DNA of 62,254 nt, filler included, from Gemmatimonadota bacterium (lineage in GTDB: Bacteria; 4572-55; J002), in NCBI GenBank assembly GCA_003697105.1. It is 4 parts of 4 records of this genome, joined end to end, with 100 filler letters (N's around TTAATTAATTAA, not from the genome) between each part and the next. Parts side by side here need not be neighbours in the genome. Positions count along the whole stretch, not along the records: positions 56,480 to 62,254 come from RFFQ01000017.1; 3 more parts are not named here. One strand, given 5' to 3'. A program made the position numbers and the translations under genes. Below, piece after piece: positions 58,527-62,254 of the stretch. Each line of letters starts with the position of its first letter. The first letter of the stretch is position 1. The notes below the pieces were generated by a model. That model searched no databases. It was not told the DNA's origin and saw nothing but the letters and a program-made list of their open reading frames with translations.

Positions 58527-60995
58527 CTACTCCATGCTTTTCAAGACCTCAAACAGGTCATTGCCTTCCATCTGCTCCAATGGAAGCATAAGCAACGGTT
58601 GCCCGTTGTGCTCTAAACGGAATTGGATATAGTCTAATACATCTGGTTGGCCGGTTCGCAGGTCAACACCAAGTAACCGTGGCATAAATTGCTCGACATT
58701 GACCAGCCCCTTGCGCGGGTATGACACCAGCGTGACCGGTTCATCCGCCGGAATGCTGGCTTTTTCCTTCGCCAACCGGATCGCCGTGGATAAGCCACCC
58801 AGTTCATCTACCAACCCGATCTCCATGCCATCCAAACCAGACCAGACTCGACCTTGAGCAATTTCTTCAATTTCATCTGCTGGCAAACCGCGTCCCTCCG
58901 CAACCTTTTTTACAAAAACATCATAATGGCTTTTGATCAACGTCTCCACTTCTGCTTGCTCTTCCGCGTTCAGATTGCGATCCGGAATTTGCCAACCCAA
59001 ATACGGCATTCGGATTCCAAAACCGAGATCGGCATGATCCCCCACCCGGACATGATCGGTGGTCATACCCAGACTTTCTTTGATCCCAGCATTATACAAC
59101 CACCCGCCAATCACTCCAATCGAACCGGTAATGGTATTGGGAGCGGCAACAATGACATCCCCATACATTGAGAGCCAATACCCCCCAGATGCCGCCACAT
59201 ATCCCTGCGAAACAACAACCGGTTTACCCGCTTCTTTGCACTTGCGGAGTGCTTCCGCTACCAAATCCGAGGCAAGACCATCACCGCCGGGCGAATCGAC
59301 CCGCAAAATCACCGCTTTAATCGATGTATCTTTGGCGATCTTCTCAATTACGCGGCTCAATTGACGAGCTTTAATACCCTCGTCCATCGCGCATATTCCC
59401 AACGCATATACGACAGCAATACGGCGAGGTTCACCCCAATAGGGATAAACGGGAGGCGCAGTGTTCACCAACGCCTCGGATGACACCAGCTTTTTATCCT
59501 TGCCAACAATGGTTTCGAGCAATTCCTGACCCTCGCCTTCCCAACGCGCAATCTCATCGATTAAACCCGCGTCAAGAGCCTCTTGCGGACTCAATAGTAC
59601 TTCTTCATTGATAATTCGATCCAATTCGGCAGGGTCAAGAGATCGCGAGGCACAAATATCATCTTTGGCTAATTGATAATAATCATCCACCAACGCTTGC
59701 CGCTGTTCCCGGTCACCGTCAGACATACCTTCCCGTGATAGCGCTTCTGCAGCAGATTTATACTTAAAATAACGCCACTCGTCAAACGCTAAGCCCAGTT
59801 TATCCAAAGTACCTTTGATGAAGGTCAACCCCATCAGATACCCTTCCAGCGTGATCATCCCTTCGGGATCCAGCACCAACTGATCCGCCACTGAGGCAAA
59901 ATGATATTCATCTATTCCTAATCGATCCGCATACATAATGACGGTTTTACCGGTCGATTGAAAATCGAGCAACTCCTGCCGGAGTTCCCACAACATTTCG
60001 CGGTTGATTTTCATCCCGGAGAGGTTAATCATCATGCCACCAACAGCAGGGTCTTCTTTTGCCTGTTGGATCCAATCGATATAATCCATCAATGTTTTTC
60101 CATCATCAAACCATTGATACGTTTGATAACGTAAGGAACCGTTCATTTCCACCCGAATGAACCGTTTCTGGTGAAGATACCGGTCTCGAATCACGCTCCG
60201 CTCTCGTCCCCCCAGCCGGACAGAATAACTATTGAATAGATGCTCTTGTTCCGCATCATAATGGCTTTGCATGGTCACACTCTCATGCCCGAAACTGAAA
60301 TTGACCCCGACATTAAACGCCTCCGTATCAAAATACCGTGCCGTAAGCCGCATACCGTCCAGTAGCTCCACGATACCCCCGACACTCCAGTGCCCTTCCT
60401 CAACACTCGAATGCTCCTGCAAGCCGTAATCCCCAAACAGAGTCAAGGTCTCATCCCCTAAGGGGCGCAGTGCCAGATCACCGGCATACTCCCGTTGACG
60501 GCTGTTGGTCGCAAGGGTAGTCGTCAATCCGGCTGACAGATAGCGGTTAGGACGGTATAAAGAACCTAGTGTGACCCGTGTCTTCCGCTCAAAACCACCA
60601 ATCGTATCTGTCGCCCAATGATAACCAAGCCCTACACTGGAGCGACGCCCGCCCCATGATAGTGCCAGATTGTAATTGGTGATGCGTCCCAGACCGGGAA
60701 TTTTTTCGTTTAAAAGATTGAAACTGAAATTCGGTACTGCAAATGAAAACCCAACTTGACGGTACGTTTTAAATGAATCCCCCGGATCGGAAAAACTGAA
60801 CACCAGATCACCCTGATGAACGTAAGCCAACACTGCCGGATTAAGATACCCCTGCGATCCGGTACGAAATCCACCGGGTGATGCCAAGGCAAAATCCGTT
60901 TGAGTATGGTAGGTAGGAAATTCCAGTTGGGCAGGAGCAGATATAACCCATAACCCTAACATTAACAATGACGTAAAAACGGTCGAAAGCCGCAT
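58527..60995 (-). CDS. sppA: Signal peptide peptidase SppA (S49) with N-terminal beta-barrel-like extension
   Basis: Signal peptide; YKSAAE; LRVDSPGG, VAASGGY, TITGSIGV, IAQGRVWSG, GLVDELGG. Confidence 0.88.
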   Translation of the reverse strand: MRLSTVFTSLLMLGLWVISAPAQLEFPTYHTQTDFALASPGGFRTGSQGYLNPAVLAYVHQGDLVFSFSDPGDSFKTYRQVGFSFAVPNFSFNLLNEKIPGLGRITNYNLALSWGGRRSSVGLGYHWATDTIGGFERKTRVTLGSLYRPNRYLSAGLTTTLATNSRQREYAGDLALRPLGDETLTLFGDYGLQEHSSVEEGHWSVGGIVELLDGMRLTARYFDTEAFNVGVNFSFGHESVTMQSHYDAEQEHLFNSYSVRLGGRERSVIRDRYLHQKRFIRVEMNGSLRYQTYQWFDDGKTLMDYIDWIQQAKEDPAVGGMMINLSGMKINREMLWELRQELLDFQSTGKTVIMYADRLGIDEYHFASVADQLVLDPEGMITLEGYLMGLTFIKGTLDKLGLAFDEWRYFKYKSAAEALSREGMSDGDREQRQALVDDYYQLAKDDICASRSLDPAELDRIINEEVLLSPQEALDAGLIDEIARWEGEGQELLETIVGKDKKLVSSEALVNTAPPVYPYWGEPRRIAVVYALGICAMDEGIKARQLSRVIEKIAKDTSIKAVILRVDSPGGDGLASDLVAEALRKCKEAGKPVVVSQGYVAASGGYWLSMYGDVIVAAPNTITGSIGVIGGWLYNAGIKESLGMTTDHVRVGDHADLGFGIRMPYLGWQIPDRNLNAEEQAEVETLIKSHYDVFVKKVAEGRGLPADEIEEIAQGRVWSGLDGMEIGLVDELGGLSTAIRLAKEKASIPADEPVTLVSYPRKGLVNVEQFMPRLLGVDLRTGQPDVLDYIQFRLEHNGQPLLMLPLEQMEGNDLFEVLKSME

Positions 60996-61141
60996 AGAAA
61001 GACCTCCTTAAAAGGACAAATGAAGAGTTTGAGGTAACATAATAGAGAATTACCACTTAGGCAAGCGTTTGTTCCGGAAAGGGCGGGAGAGCAGGAGAAG
61101 TTGTTCAGAAAAGATGGCCGGTTGGTGTATCAAATTGAAAA

Positions 61142-62122
61142 TCAAGGTAACATGGTTTTCACATGTTGCAAAACATCTTCGACAGAAATCGCGCGTAAAC
61201 ACGCATAAGGTTCTGATTTCAAAGGACATTCCCGCTGGTAACACGGGGAACATACCAATTTGGGGTATATCACTCGATGATGGTCGCCATACGGCGCCGT
61301 CCAATTGGGATTGGTAGAGGCAAAAAGTGCCAGCGTCGGCACCCGAACAGCGGCAGCCAGATGCATCGGTCCGGTATCATTGGAGATAAAGACAGTACAC
61401 TGCGCAATAACAGAGGGTAAATCTGCCAGTGAAATTTTACCGCTGAGCCGGATGGCAGGTTGTCGCATTTGATCGATAATCTGTTGCTCGGTACCCACAT
61501 CACCGGGACCCCCCAAAATAACGACTTCCGCCCCGAAATGCTCCACCAGATGATCCCCAACCGCCGCAAATCGATCCGGCAACCACCGTTTCGCGGGACC
61601 AAACGTGGCTCCCGGATTGAGCGCCACCAATGGGCGCTCCGGGTGGTGGCGGGGAATCAACCGTCGCCCTCGTTCCTCATCAACCGGCATAAAAAGCCGC
61701 TTCACATGGATTTTCGCACCTGCCACCGCGGCGATCTTCAGATAATTCTCCACATTATGGTGATCCCGAAAATCGGCAGGATAGCGTAGCGGGTCGGTCA
61801 ATAGCAAACGACGACCTTCCGTAGCGTACCCAACCCGGCGTGGAATTCCAGCAAGAAAAAAAAGCCACGCCGCTGAAAACGCATTCGGTAAAATCAGTCC
61901 CCAATCGACGTTTAAACGACGAAGGCGTACCGCGGTTTGGAACACCCCTTCCAACGGAACAATCCGATCCAACGCTGGATGAGCCTCAAACAACGCTACT
62001 AGATTCGGCTTCATCACGCCAATAATTTCTGCCGCCGGAAAACTCTCACGTAAAGTGGAAAGCGTGGCGGTTGCCATCACCGCATCACCGATCCAGTTGG
62101 GTAAGCGAATTGCAATGTTCAT
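61142..62122 (-). CDS. waaF: Lipopolysaccharide heptosyltransferase II (GT9)
   Basis: PNWIGDAVM, NPGATFGPAKRW, SNDTGPMHLAAA, CSPCYQRECP. Confidence 0.9.
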   Translation of the reverse strand: MNIAIRLPNWIGDAVMATATLSTLRESFPAAEIIGVMKPNLVALFEAHPALDRIVPLEGVFQTAVRLRRLNVDWGLILPNAFSAAWLFFLAGIPRRVGYATEGRRLLLTDPLRYPADFRDHHNVENYLKIAAVAGAKIHVKRLFMPVDEERGRRLIPRHHPERPLVALNPGATFGPAKRWLPDRFAAVGDHLVEHFGAEVVILGGPGDVGTEQQIIDQMRQPAIRLSGKISLADLPSVIAQCTVFISNDTGPMHLAAAVRVPTLALFASTNPNWTAPYGDHHRVIYPKLVCSPCYQRECPLKSEPYACLRAISVEDVLQHVKTMLP

Positions 62123-62148
62123 GATTAGGATTTAGGGATTAGGGATTA
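62123..62148 (-). repeat. Heptamer repeat (CTAATCC-like) directly before the waaF start
   Basis: Minus strand reads CTAATCC CTAATCC CTAAATC CTAATC ATG. Confidence 0.6.
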
Positions 62149-62178
62149 GATGCTTTTCTGAAGTCTCCGCAGAAGTCT

Positions 62179-62253
62179 TCAGCCTAGCTTTATGTATTCC
62201 ATAATATCAGCCCATTCGTCTGGGCTGATGCCCTGTTCTTTGATAAATCGCTC
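62179..62253 (-). CDS. C-terminus of a gene truncated by the window end
   Basis: Open frame ...ERFIKEQGISPDEWADIMEYIKLG* with stop at 62179-62181. Confidence 0.45.
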   Translation of the reverse strand, partial: ERFIKEQGISPDEWADIMEYIKLG

Positions 62254-62254
62254 G

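Overview
This 62 kb bacterial window consists of four segments joined by three artificial 100-nt N spacers containing TTAATTAATTAA (26020-26119, 38538-38637, 56380-56479). Gene neighbourhood across these joins is not evidence. LPS genes (waaA, waaF) indicate a Gram-negative host, and a FlgD-Ig-tailed giant secreted protein suggests an FCB-like lineage (inference only). The content is mostly housekeeping and signalling genes: purF/purM/purN, tsaB, ridA, rlmD, typA, ackA, sppA, two sigma54 activators, a Ser/Thr-His hybrid kinase and a complete NiSOD operon (sodN-sodX-SodT-like transporter). No rRNA, tRNA, CRISPR array or intact transposase was recognised. The most notable observations are: (1) a tightly packed six-gene operon, bcp - Raw/NDT-like - YyaL - FIST/NosP - hybrid kinase - REC-cyclase, whose cyclase has both metal-binding aspartates altered; (2) a DUF4505 (C8orf82-like) domain fused to a hotdog thioesterase; (3) a fungal Lys4-like fused homoaconitase; (4) SppA fused to a probable NPA-motif beta-barrel; (5) a modular dispersed intergenic repeat family with three copies, linked to REP-like palindromes and a MITE-like element; (6) a tandem pair of paralogous uncharacterised membrane proteins. 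Family assignments come from motif recognition by eye; no database search was run.
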